A stretch of 64,000 nt of DNA from Felis catus (lineage: Eukaryota), in assembly GCF_018350175.1 (NCBI RefSeq), contig NC_058383.1, positions 17,610,001 to 17,674,000 of the forward strand, read 5' to 3'. Positions 12,501 to 27,900 of this stretch are shown here, piece by piece. The notes beneath the pieces are model-generated. The model saw only the letters and a list, made by a program, of their open reading frames with translations, searched no databases and was not told the DNA's origin. The position numbers and the translations under genes are program-made. Each line of letters begins with the position of its first letter. The stretch's first letter is position 1.

Positions 12501-14542
12501 CTTGCTGTTCCCACTTTCCTACTCCATGGCGGCCTTGGCTTTAACCCTTTCCCTTCTGCTCTGGACAGCTGAGCTTGAATTTCTCGGGACATTCAAGGTA
12601 CATGAGCTCTTACCTGTCCTAGGCGAGCACAGCAGGCCTCTTCAGAATAGGCAGCCCCCAGCTCAGCGGAGGCTCCCTGCCTCCACCACTCCAAAGACAC
12701 TTACAGATGGGGGAGGGGGCATCCTCCTAGCCTACGTTGCTGCAGAGATGAAGAAATTAATTTACTTCCCAAAATCTAACTCCCATCCCTCCTGCTGCTG
12801 TTTGGCAGGGTCCGGCTAGCTCCTGCTTCACTTTGGTTGTCTCCCAGCTGCCTCCTCATGAGTCTTTTCCGCGTCTTCTTGCACCACTGCCCCCATACAT
12901 GCAGTGCCCATCCCACACAGCCACTCACAGCCCCGGGCCTCCCCAGGGACTCTGTTCAGGCTCTAAACATTGTAGGAACCTAGAATTTAGCTCCCGTGGC
13001 CTTATGCCCTCATCCTGGAATCCTATCACCCTTTTTGGAGTGACAGCTACCTATGTTTTACCTGGAGGCCACTCTGGACTCCTGTTCCTTTGCTGCCATC
13101 CCCTTGCAAATTGACCCTTAAAGGCATTAGGCCACCCAGGTTTTCCAGGGACAGGGGCATCTTATTCATTTCACCTTCATTCATTCAGCAAAACTTAGCA
13201 AGCACCTCTTTATGTGTCAGGCACCGTCCTAGGCATGGGATACGGCACCAACAAAACAGAGCAAATGAAATAGAAGAAGGGGTGCCAGGATGGGCGTGAT
13301 AATGGCAGGCTTCGGTGGGGAGTACTGTTTTGAGATCACAGGTGCAGACTGTCAGGCCTAGTCACTGGATTCAGCAAGTCACAGAAACCTCTTGGTCCTG
13401 GGAATTTCTCTATCTCATGGCCAGCAGGTTCTGTCTGAGCTGTCTTCATCACCGTCTCCTGCCAGCAGCCCACATTTATGAGTTTCACGTGACTCCCAAG
13501 GTCATCTCCCTCTCGGAGGCCAGGGCAAGCCAGACACAGAACCTTGCATTTCTGGTCTTAGTGCTGCCACTTCCCAGTCTGTGACCTTGGAGAAATCTCC
13601 CTGCGTGTTGATTTCCTGATCTGTAAAATGGACAACCTGATTCCTGGGGCCCCTAGCAGGCCTGTGGGGAGGATTGGGAGAGATAACAAGGACACCACAG
13701 ACACCGTGTCAGCTGCTGGGCACCCTCCACACACCTGTCCCTTCTCCCTTTGCCTTTCCACTTCCCTCTCAAGGTCATTCCTGCTGAAGCCCCATCGCCC
13801 CCGATGGCTTTTAACTGCCACCACCGCCCCCCACCCCTCCTCCCCACCCTGGCTGCTCTACCCCTCCCCGGCTGCTTGACCTTCTTTCTGTGTGGATAAC
13901 AGATAACGGGAAAATGCCCCAGTGCTTTTGGAGAGCCCCTGTCCCCTCAGGGAAATCTGATTGCTTTTTTTTTTTTTTTTAACTCTTCAAGTGTTGTGTT
14001 CCAGGCACTGTCAGTTCTCTGGGCTCATAAGGAAAGTTTATTGGTCCCAATTAGCAGCCCCATTAAGGAGGAAAATTAGAGTCTTAATGAGCTTCCTCTG
14101 ATTAGCAAAATAACAGGTTTCTCAGCCTCTGGGCATCAGAGGGGTTGGGTGAGAGCCTCCTTCCCCTGTGGGTGTCAGATACTTCTCTAGCCCCCAGTCT
14201 GGGTTCAAAGGGTTATGGCTGATGAGCTTTTAATTACACTCTTAAACTCACCTACTGGCTTAGTTGTGTGCTGAAGATCTGGAGCAGGAGTTAGGCCTGC
14301 AGGGGTAGGGGGCCCACGGTGAGAACTGAGAACGTGAGAACGGATGCCCAGAAAAATGGGGAGGTGGGAAGCTGAAGTTCACACAAGGAGTAATAAGGCC
14401 TGGGGGCCGGCAGGTGAAGGAGTGGGGACTTGGGGAGTAAAGAAAAGCAGATGAACTCCATTGTGTGTTCCTCTCTCCACCCCCACCCCCACCCCTGCCC
14501 CCACCAGGGTCCCTGGAACACTGGGCAGTCCTGAGCTCTGGG

Positions 14543-17304
<2,762 letters not shown>

Positions 17305-20300
17305 AATGAGTCTGGAAACCAGGGGCCTCTCTCTCCTGAGAGGAACACTGGCTCTCCCCAGAAGTTATGTGGGGAAAGGAGGAAAACCCTATCAGATTGT
17401 AGAGAAACGGAGCATAAAGAACCCTGGGTATAAATAGTGCTTTTACATCAGTAATGAGAAACCCTATAAAATTGTCGGTGGGAACCACTTATAAGAGGCA
17501 GTAGAGAAAAACTGTTGGGTTAGAAACCCTATAAATATGTAGGAAAAAAAAAAAGCCCTTTAAGTCTGTAGCAGAAAAACCCTATAAACCATAGTGGATA
17601 AAAGCCCTATTAATTGTAGGAAGAGGTCCTAATATGTCTCTAGACAACCCTATAAAACTGTTATCAAAATCCTTGTGAAACTATAGGGTCGGGGAAGTGC
17701 AGGGAATCCAATGGCATTGACTCGAGAGGAGTGACCCTCAGAAGGTGTAGAAGAGCCTCCCATGAACTTGTTCCACAGTGTTCTCTCCCCCTGGAGTACG
17801 GGAGGGAGCCTCTCTCCCCAGAAGAGTTGGACAGTGACACTGAGGAAAATGCTCAGCTGGGGACTAGTGTTGGGGAGAGGCGAAAAATAAGTGATGCGGA
17901 GCCCCCAGACCCACAGAGAAGAAACGACCCAAGAAACTAGGAAGAGAAAGACCAGCTCGCCGCATTGGGGGTTCCTTGGGATATGAGGCCAATCTTAGGT
18001 GATCGTGTGTTAGAGGAAGAGGCCCGTGGAATTCCTTATCGGGAAGAATCAAAAAATGGGGAAGGAAAAAAGTGATGGCAAGCCTTTTTAAAGGCTGAAA
18101 TTTGGGGTGCATAGAAACTTTAAGAATACTGGGAAGCCACCGCAAAAATTGGGGGGCAGGAGGGAGATTTCCGTTCGTGCTTTGAGGAAAGCAAACCAAG
18201 GTGAAGCTGTGGATGGAACCCAGCCAATTCGGGGCTGCCCAGTCCTCTCTGTTTCCGGGAGCTTGTTAAACTACAAGTGCAAGCAGATCCCAGCTCAGGC
18301 CGCCGGGGCTCCCCTCAGCCAGGCAGGATGGGGAACTTCTAGTCTGAGAGGCCTCCGGGGCTGGAGGGTCCCTCCTGCCCACTCTCAGGTCTCACTGTCA
18401 GGAGGTTTCTCCTGAAATCTAACTGCCACCAGGTCTCACTTCCTCGAATTCTGTCCTTAGTGGAGAGGGGGAACCGCTGCTAGTCGACCTCCAAAGAATA
18501 AAGCCCTTCAGAGACTCAAGGCCTGTGTGTGGTTAAATCCTCCCTAGACGTCTCTCCTCCAAGTCAGGGAGAGTCATGTGTGGGTTCTCTGTGGCAACGA
18601 GGGACAGCAAGTCGACGGAATAGAGCGCTCATTACCCAGCAACCTGCTTTTAAACCTCACTTATTCATCTGAGCTGCTCGCGAGGCTGCTGGCGGGATGA
18701 GCCAGCCTGCACGTAGTGGTGGGGGTCCAAACACCCTCCCAGACTGGGCCATGGGTCCCTGAAGAGCATACGGAGGCCTGGCCACCTTCCTCCCCCTGGT
18801 ACTTGGAGCTCTCTGAAGTCGTGACGCCCCGGCCTGATCGTGGTCTTGGATGGGGACAGATCCCACCCACTTGGCTCCTCTCCTCCTCAGCCAGCAACCT
18901 TCGGAGGGAAATGGGAGGATGAGAAACACATTCCCTGGCCCGACCCATCTCCTGTCTTCACACACCACACAGTTCCACTCTTTCATTAACGCCGCCAGAC
19001 CCGCTAATGTGACTGAGTGTGTGTGGCAGGGGAGAGAGACTGCTGCCCTATAAAATGGTTGAGTGAAAACTCTTCAAACATCTGTAACAAGAACCCCACA
19101 GCGTCACCCTGGAGACCCTTAAGGAAAGCGAGGACTCTGTCCAGTGCTGGGTCTAAAAGAAGTGCCCACTGACCCACGCTGGTACCACTAACGCACTGTG
19201 GTCCTGGAGTCAGAACTGAGATGCCAGGTGAGGGGGCCCTTCAGGAGTCGCATCCCTGGAGAGGGTGACTGGACTCCTCAAAGCTGTGGAAGAGACCTCT
19301 AATTCCATTACCCAAAAGCTCAAAAGGTGAAAGCCCTTCACCCTTCATCTCTCCTGCCCCCAAAGGGATGACCTTGAATTCAAAGGATCAAAATCTAGAA
19401 CACTGCAAGAGGAAAAACCCAGGCCTGCTGGGGAGAAGGAAAAGGCAGGTCTTGGATGATTGTGGGGAGACCCTTATGCCATTTGTGTAAAGCCCCACCC
19501 CACCCAAGTGCCAGGTCAGAAAGCACTACTGAGAGGGGAGAAGGAGCCTGCCTGCCGAATCTCTACTGACAGAAGCGTCAACAAAGGGGGTGTCCCTATG
19601 AGACTGAGGAAGAGGAGACCATTCTCCAAGTCAAAGATTTTTTGTTAAGATGATAGTAGAAAGAAACTTCAGTTGTAGAGACAAACCCCTTGTAAAGCTA
19701 GAAGCAGCGCCCCTCGGAAACAGGTCTGAGGAATCTGTCTCCAGGAGAGTCCTGGAGAGCAGCCTTTGGGGCTCAGGGGCCGGTCCCGGGGGGGAGGGGA
19801 GGTGGTCAGTATGGTCAAAGGCCAACTGTAGGCCTATTGAGGACTAGGGTGTAGCACACGTAGTAGGATGCTCGCATGTTGTAGGGATGGGTGAGGGCCA
19901 GCGGTCTTGGCTCCGGTACTGAATGGATGACGTGGACACAATTAGGTGGGGTCTGGGGTTTCGTAGCAGGAAAGGGGCAGAATCGGAGACCTCTGGGGGG
20001 TGACCTGTTCTCTCTTGCCCACCTCCCCAAACGCCTTTACCCAGGTGCTTCCCTCCCAGAGCGAGCTACATCTTAGGAGGAACTAAGCAGGGAGCTGGCT
20101 TGGGGAGGTGGCAGTGTCCAGAGTATCTCTGACCAGAGTAGGCAAAGGTCCAGGGGTCGGTCGTGGCACTTGCCACCAGAACTTAGTCCGGAAGGCGTGG
20201 TGTCCCCAAACCCTTCTGTCCAGCTCCACGTAGGCCTGACTTCAGAAGTGCCCTGGGGGAGGAGCCCAACAGACAGGGTCACAGAGTCACTGGTGAAAGC

Positions 20301-20615
20301 AAGGGGGGGAGAGGGGACATCGATCTGAGCTTAGGGTACAACTTGGAACTGCTATGGCTACGGAGGTCACATGGGAACTCAACAGAAGCAGGCGTGAATC
20401 CTGAATGGTGGGGAAACTTGAAACCATCACGACCAAGAGGTGGGATCCCATGACACCCGCTCCTCAGGTGAGCAGCCCCCAGACTCTTTTGCCCCCATTA
20501 GGGAAGCCCCACTCACCTGACTTGTCTCCGTGGAGTGAAGAGAGGCCCCACTTTTGAGTGTTGTGTGTCAATAACAGTGTTGTGTCACCGGTGGTCATGT
20601 TGATTAGTTGAAGAG

Positions 20616-20621
20616 AATAAA
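20616..20621 (+). terminator. Candidate distal poly(A) signal of ZNF629 (AATAAA); a proximal AATAAA lies at 18497-18502
   Basis: AATAAA followed by a GT/T-rich tract (gggtgttttctgtcttccctttc). Confidence 0.6.
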
Positions 20622-22731
20622 GGGAATAAGATTTCCCGGGTGTTTTCTGTCTTCCCTTTCGAGCCTGGAAAGAGCTGAAGGAGCCTGTCCTCTCCCAGAG
20701 CCCGGGTCCGTTTGTAACCTCAAAAGCTCAGCCCAGCCCAGGCCACCCTTGCACCCTTCATTCAGATGCCCTCAAATCCCTATCTGGTGCTTGCAGATAG
20801 GAGCCTGAGGGTTTGTGGATTTCAAAAATCCATATCCTTGGGAGAAAGGGGGAGAAATGTGCTGAGATGGTGGCAGAGCCAAGCAGGTCTTGGTGCCTGG
20901 CTTTGGCACCAGCATGACATGCTGACTCCTGGGTGGCTGCCTGGTGCGTCCGGCACTGGTGGGCTCCCATCCAGCCATGCAGCCCCAGGGGGGCCTCTCT
21001 GACCGTGGCAACCGCGCTCCTCCCAAGACTGCCACAAGGGAAAGCTCCTAAGCTCTGGTTCCAAAAGCTGGCAGCCACCTCCCCTGGTTCACCTGGAGCC
21101 CGGTCAGCCCTCCTCTGGGCCAGAGCCTCCTAGACCCTGAAGAGACCTGGATGGAGACCTGGCTTGTCCTCTCATCCCCAGGAGATAGCCCATAGCCCTC
21201 ACTGTATGAAGAGGCTCAGAGAAGGGCAGCCACTTGCCCAAGATCCACAGGACGGCAGTGAGGGAAACCAGAATGACCGGGAGCAGGCTCTGCACCCAAC
21301 CAAGCCTCTCCTCCCCCAGCGCTGGGCCTGCCTGGGCCTGGCCTGGGCTCCACATTGTCTGGCCAGGTGGGGCTGCTCTAATGAATCCTCAATGCCAGGC
21401 TTGCCTCACTGCTATCTCCTGGGCCTAGGCCTGGCCATGGCTCCCCGAGCAGCCACCTGAGGTCAGCACTTGCTCTAACCTGTAGCCTGCCTCTGTCCCA
21501 GCCTGCAGGGAGCCTCCTGCCCCAGCCCAGAAGCTTTCTCTCCACTTTCTCCATGCCTCTCTGACCCTGACTCGCAAGGCAGGCTTACTGTCTCGCCTTC
21601 CCTTTCCCCATGTAGAAAACGAGGAGTAGAGTAGTAGGTAAGGGAGGAGGGTGAGGTGAGCAATGAAGGCTCTCCTGGATTCTGTGTTCCCTGCCCTGGT
21701 TCCAGCGCAGAGGTCTTCAGTAAAGTGAGGGGATTTCGGGGGAAAGAACAGGCACTGGAGCACAGTGATTGGTTCAGAGACTTAGCAGAAGGGGCTGTGG
21801 ACCCAGATGTGGTGCCCGCCACAACAGAGGGTCAGGAAACTGGCTGGAGGAAGTGACCTGAGGCATGAGAACAGGGGCCAGGGGTGGGTGGGGTGGGGGA
21901 TAGAGAGTATATAGCAGTTATGTGGCAGGGAGTGGGCGGTTAGATCACAGAGGGGGTAGAGATTAAGGTAAGGTAGAGAACACAGGCCAGAGTATAGAGC
22001 ATCTTGTCTGAAGAACTTGGGGGTAGAGCACCACTGGGATCTTTAAGGAGATTTTAAGGAGAGTGACATGACCTCACCCCCCTCCTGCTCCCCAACAACT
22101 GGTGGTGTTTTTCTAGGTCTGGAGCTCAGGAAAGGGAATTGGGCTGGAGGATTGGGTCTTAGCAGCTTAGCTGTAGCCGGAACCATGGACGAACACACAG
22201 GAAGAGTGGCAGAGAGAGGAGAGGATGTAGCTTAGGGGTGGAGGAACAGGACCAACAGAAGACAGTAAGTATAAGGACAGTCAGGACAGTTAGCACCACA
22301 AGTCCAAGATTAAAGAGAGTGATTAGTGTCAAATGCTCCATTGGACCCTGTAGCCAATCACACAGTAACCCCAATTCTGGTTAAAACAGGCACCTTCCCC
22401 ACTGAGGCCAATATCTGCTCACCCCTAAGAGGCCAGCTAAGGTCAGTGTTGGTTCAGGAGGAACTTTGGCCTGCCCATCCCAGGGGCCCAGGGTTTCACA
22501 GCCACTGAAGCCACTTGGGGCTACTGGGAGTTGTAAGGGGTCAAACTTCCTGAGTGGAGAGACCTGACCAACCCCAAAGACAGAGCTTCCCAGCACTGGG
22601 CAGACTGATTGCAAACCAACATTCATGGGGAATACTCTTTTCCTCTCACCACATCAGTGCTTGATCCTGCCACTGAAATTCTGGCATCTTTATCCCACAC
22701 ATTGGGCTTGAGCAAGTGGTTTGGTACCTAC

Positions 22732-22737
22732 TTTATT
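22732..22737 (-). terminator. Candidate distal poly(A) signal of RNF40
   Basis: tttatt on + = AATAAA on -, about 2.25 kb after the RNF40 stop. Confidence 0.5.
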
Positions 22738-22889
22738 AAAGACTCACAGAGTTTTTACTTCTCGGTATGGAGACTGGTCAAGAAGACTTTTCAGAAAGTG
22801 ATGTGTAGCTTGTATTTACTTAAGAAGCCCGTGTGGAGGGGACTCCTGAGAAAAGCGAGTAGTGCTCACAGAGGATTGGCTGACCCTGA

Positions 22890-23870
22890 CCTCTCCCGGG
22901 CGCAGCCCTCTCAGAGCCGGCCCGCGTCTCTGATGCAATATGCTGCGTTTTTCCCATCCTGGCGTCCGCTGCCCCTAGGCGGCGGACACTTCCTGGAAGG
23001 CCCGATGCCATCCCCCGCCGCGGCCCGGGTCTCCGCCAGCGTGCCCACCGCCGGAAGTCACTGTGGCCCGCGTCTCCGTCTCCAGTCCGACCTGGTCCAG
23101 CCACTGCAGCCCCACCGAGACGCTGGACGCCAGGTGGGGCCCAAAGGCTGACAAGGCCGCGAGCCCCCGCGAAGGCGGGACTGCTGCCAAGCCTGCGGCC
23201 ACTACCGTCACCCCGCGCCCAACTCCGGCACCCAGCTCAGTCGGCACTGGCCCCGGCGCGAGCCCCGCCACAGCCGCAGCGATGGCCCCAGCCGCAGACC
23301 TCACAGCAAGCTGAACCCACAGACGCCAATCGACACACGGTTCCCGAGAACACGGCCAGCAGCCAGAAAAAGTTACAATGAAGGAAGTCATCCGCTGCGC
23401 TGCTCTCCTCTGTCCACCTGAGGGGAGGGGCGAGTGAAGCCGCTGGGGAGCGACAGCCCGCAAATTGCGTCCAGGTCTGCCTTTGGCCGGTACAACCCTA
23501 GAACCGGCTCTCTCCACGGAGGACCTTGTTACCTGATGATTAAGGGACTACATTTCCCAGGATGCAGTACGAGACCCCGGCATCCCAGCGACCAATTATT
23601 GAGAGGGGCGTGGCGAGAGCGTGCAGACAGGGCGGCAGAGACGCCGGGATCGTGGGAGTGTCAGCCCTCCCCCGTAGCAGCAGGAGGGGCAGGCCGGTGA
23701 CCGTGGAGAACGATGCTCTCTCCCTGCAGACATGCTCCTCCCACGAGCCCAGTTTAGGATCCACGACGGCAATCTAAATGTAACTAGATGCTGGGGGTGG
23801 GAAACGCGAGGTTGCTGTGCAGGCCCTTGGGGGGGTTTTACCTGCCAGGCAGGACAGCGCCGGAAGTGTA
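22890..23870. promoter_or_regulatory. Orphan promoter-like CpG island at the RNF40 3' end
   Basis: CpG-dense. GACTACATTTCCCAGGATGCA (ZNF143/THAP11-type) 23546-23566; CCGGAAGT (ETS) 23051 and 23860; CCAAT 23326 and 23592; GGGGCGTGG 23605. Confidence 0.65.
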
Positions 23871-23941
23871 GCAGCTAAAATCTGGGACCACGTTTAGGGC
23901 AGGAAGCCTGGCTACTTGGACTGCAGGCTGAGGGTTGGATG

Positions 23942-23947
23942 TTTATT
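23942..23947 (-). terminator. Candidate proximal poly(A) signal of RNF40
   Basis: tttatt on + = AATAAA on -, about 1.05 kb after the RNF40 stop. Confidence 0.55.
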
Positions 23948-24991
23948 CATAACATTAACAGCCTATACAAGACATCTCCAGAGCAGGGCCTGTGGGTCTG
24001 AATGGACCCTTGCACCTGTCAGCAGCTCCATCTTCCAGGCCCCTGCCTGCTGCCTTCACAACCATGGGAGTTTGCTTGGGCAGACAGCACAGGTAGCATC
24101 ATGGGGACAGGCTCAGTCACAGGGTGTTAGATGAAGCTCCTCTACCTGGAATGATCGGAAGTTGGCCCAGCCGCTAGTCTGTCCCTTCCCCTCCTGGGAC
24201 ATAATGCCTCCATGAAGTTAAGGCCACCAGGATGAAAGCAGGGTCAGTTTGGGAAGCATGAGGTGGGGGTAAGTGGGTTTGGGAGAGAAACAGATGGGTG
24301 GGGGGAGGCTGATTAGAATAAAGACTGATGATCTTGGTTCAGCACCCCTGAGATGAGGGCAAGGTGACTGCAACAGCCAGAGTTTCCCAGAAGAGGACAG
24401 TGCTCCCGCCACCCCTCCCCCCCCCTTACAGGGGGGTACCTCCTTCAGCCCTTAGCATAAGGGTCAGACCAAAGAGCCCAGTGAATCCACAGGAGGGAAG
24501 TCCCACCCAACTGTGGAAAAGTCTCCGTGGGCCCAAGAGTTCAGGAGGTGGGGAAACTGGCCCACCCTTGGTCCTCACTTGTGGGTGTATAAACAAGCAG
24601 GTAGTGAGCCTCCTCTTGAGTGGGAGGTCACAGCCTGGGGGATTTCACCCTTTGGACAGGGATGGGCCCAGGGAGACAGCTGGAGAAGGATTAAGGTCAG
24701 CTTCCAGGAAGTTCAGTTGAATGCTCTGGACCCTCAGGCCTCTCACAGCTGACCCTTCCTGCAGGGCAGATGCCCCTTAGGCTGTAGCTCTGTGTGGAAA
24801 AGGTATAACTCAGCTTGCCAGATCTCACTCCCACTAGCATGCACTGGGACCCCCAAACCAACTAGGTGGAGAGGGGTGGGGCCCCCAAGTTCCGGAATGG
24901 AGGGTAAGGGCCACTGAATGTGGGGAGGGGAGGGACTGGAGGCACAGCCCCCAGGGTCCATGGGTGTTCCAAAGTCCCCTGAGTTACGGGT

Positions 24992-27900
24992 TCAGCTGAT
25001 GTAGACACGGTGGAAGTCGTGGGCACCAAAGGCTGCGTTGCACTTGGGGCACTTCCTCTGGCGGGCCTCATAGCGGCCCCGCACGCACTCGAAGCAGAAA
25101 ACGTGGAAGCACTTGGTAAGGACTGCATCCTTCTTGCGGGTGTTACAGCAGGGGCAGGTCAACCGCGCCTGGGCCAGGCAAAGGCATCAGCTCGGGACAG
25201 TCCTGATGGTCCCCAGACCCCAAGCTGACAGCAGGAGGTGGTCCAGGCTAAGCCCACCACACAGCAGACTGCATCTAACTCTCACCATAACCCTGAGAGA
25301 TGGGGATAGGCACTCTCCGGATGAGGAAACTGAGGCTCAGAGGCCAAGGTCTCAAAACCAGAAAGTAGAAGAATCTGGATTCTAACCCAGGCAGTGGTGG
25401 CCAGTGGGCAACATGTTCTCCCCGCCCTGCTCAAAAGCCAATAACCCAAAGGCCCAGCCAGGACTCCCCTGCCTTGGGGCTTTATCTCTTGCTGCTCTGG
25501 CCTTCTCTGGCAAAAGCCCAATCCTGGCTGAAGCTGATGATCTACCTTCTCTTCATCTGCACCTGCTGGGCATAGCAGTGCCACTAGAAATCTCCCAGCT
25601 CCACCCTCAACTGGGCCCACCCCTGGTGCTGCCCAGAGATCCTGCTGGGTCCCTGGACTCACTCTTCTCTACGAAGAGTGAAACCTCCTGAAACATCTAC
25701 TGGCCACCAGGTCTCATGTCCAACTCCAGGAATTCCCTCAACTCAACATTCCCCGACATTCTTCCTATGCCCCGCTTGAAAGCCCAGGCCAGCCCACACC
25801 CCAGCATCACCTCTTCCCTTAGCTGTCAAACCATCCTCATCAAAGTCCATCTTTTCTGGAGAAACCCTCCTCTGCCTCCCCATGGCCTCCCCCAGCTACC
25901 CCTGCCCCTTCAAGGCCAAACTGCAGGCTTCTCTTCCTTTATCATTTAAGCTTTGAGAGTCCTAAGGGAAAAGAATGACCCATCCCGTATCATATCACAG
26001 ACCCTCCCTGGGTGACCACAGTTCTATTTGGCTTCCACCATTACCTCTGCCTGCAGACAATCCTCCAACCTCATCATCCAGAAAGTCCTTCTGCTTCGAA
26101 TGCCTTCCCAGCCAGCCTCCCAAAGGCACATTTTCAACATCCCTGAGATACAACACTGTCCACCAACACCTACTCCTTTGAGGTCTTCCTAATCCTACCA
26201 CATGCCACTAGTTTCTCAAATCAGGAACCCAGGAGCTCTCAGGATCTCCCTCTCCCTCACTCCATGAATCAATCCATCCCTGAGTCCAAGTACTTCTGCC
26301 TCCTAAATATCTCCTCACCTCTTCTACTTGTCTCTAACACCGAGGCTAGCTCCCTACCAGTTTTTGCCTCAATGACTGCAACTGCTTAAGAGATTTCTCT
26401 GCCTCTAGTCTTTACCCCTTCTAGCCCAAATCCAGCCATATAACTCTCTGGTTTAAACCCCCTTGATGTCTCCATACTACCTACAGGATAAGCCAAGCGT
26501 CTCAACCTGACTCACCACACCCTTCAGGATCTGACACTGTTCAAGACCCTCAGCTTTCCTGCTCATCACAAAACCTACATTCTGTCTTCCAATTACAGTG
26601 TCCAGCAATCTGTGCTCCAGCACACCGCTCTCAGTGAAGGACCTCTACCTTTCCCTTTGCTGGAACCCTCTCATCCTCATTACTCACAGTCAACCCTCAT
26701 TCTTCAGGTTTCCCTTGGAGGACATTCCTTCCAGGAAACCTGCTAACCCCCAGAGCTGCCGTGGGGTTAGCCATCACATCGCTCATCACTGAGAATATTG
26801 GCTGCTTCCTTCAACAGACGGTCAGTTTCAAGAAATCAAAGACTAGAGCTAGTTCCTAGCCCTCCCACACCTGGCCAGGCACTGTGCCTGGCATGAGCAC
26901 ATGTACATTCATCAGCTGTTTGATTCTCCACAACTAGGGCCCTGCCCACCTTTTCTATCTAACCTTATTTCTGGTGTCCCCAGGCTATCCACTATAGCCC
27001 TCGCCAACTCCCCATCTAAGATTCCTGGGTTGTTGGGGCACAACTCAGCCCCACGGCCCCACCTTGTACTCCTTGATCTCCTCCTGGAGAATTTCATCGG
27101 CATCTGCGTAAACCTCCACCTTCCTCTGCTTCTCCAACTTGCGCCGCAGTCGGGAGATGTCCTCCTGGGGCAGGAGAAGGGCTAGGCTAAGTGCAAGGGT
27201 CCTCATCTTGAACCACCCGCCCCTAGGCCACATCAGTGACCCTGAACAACCCTGTCCCTACCCCATGCACACACCTGAGCCCTCTTGAGGTTGAAGCTCT
27301 CTTTCTCGCGAGCGGCCCGGCTCTCTGCCAGGCAAGGCTGGATCTCTCGCAGCCGCGTCTGTACGTGCTCCAGCTGCACCTTTAGGTCCTCGGCCAGCTG
27401 GGCTGCTTCCACAGCCTGGGGTAGGTGGAACAGGTTAAGGGTGGGCTCGCCTGAGCCTGGCGAGTCAGGCATGTGGAGCCATGGTCTACAGATGCCTGTG
27501 TCAAACATTCCAGTGATTCCTGCTCTTGGGATCAAGTCCAGGATCTTCACTGGAGCTAGTTCTGCCTCCTGACCTCTCCACCTTCACCTCTATCTCTGCA
27601 GTTCCTGACACGCTCACTTCCTACCTGCATAACTCTCTCTCCTATCTCTGAACCTCCACAGGGCCCTTCTCTCTCCTCCCCTCAACACCCCCAACACACA
27701 GGTTTCTTTCCAGTGGCTCCCTCAGCCCTCAGCTTACATGTCGGTTCTGGAGACAGGCTCCCCCTATTTTTCTTTCACAGCACCTTAGTTTCCTTCACAA
27801 GATTTACTGGAATCTGCAGTAACATATTTTACCTGTGGGATATCTGGCTATCTACCTCCGCAAGACTGAAGTTCCCATTTCCGGTAGGACCCTCTTATTC

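Noticed and set aside
11674..12592. Several 150-270 aa Pro/Arg/Gly-rich ORFs on both strands
   Set aside because: Stop-codon scarcity in a CpG island; no recognisable domain.
17381..17662. Repeat-spacer-like pattern considered as a CRISPR-like array
   Set aside because: Mammalian 3' UTR; repeats are degenerate, irregularly spaced and non-palindromic, with no cas genes. Reported instead as linker-like repeats.
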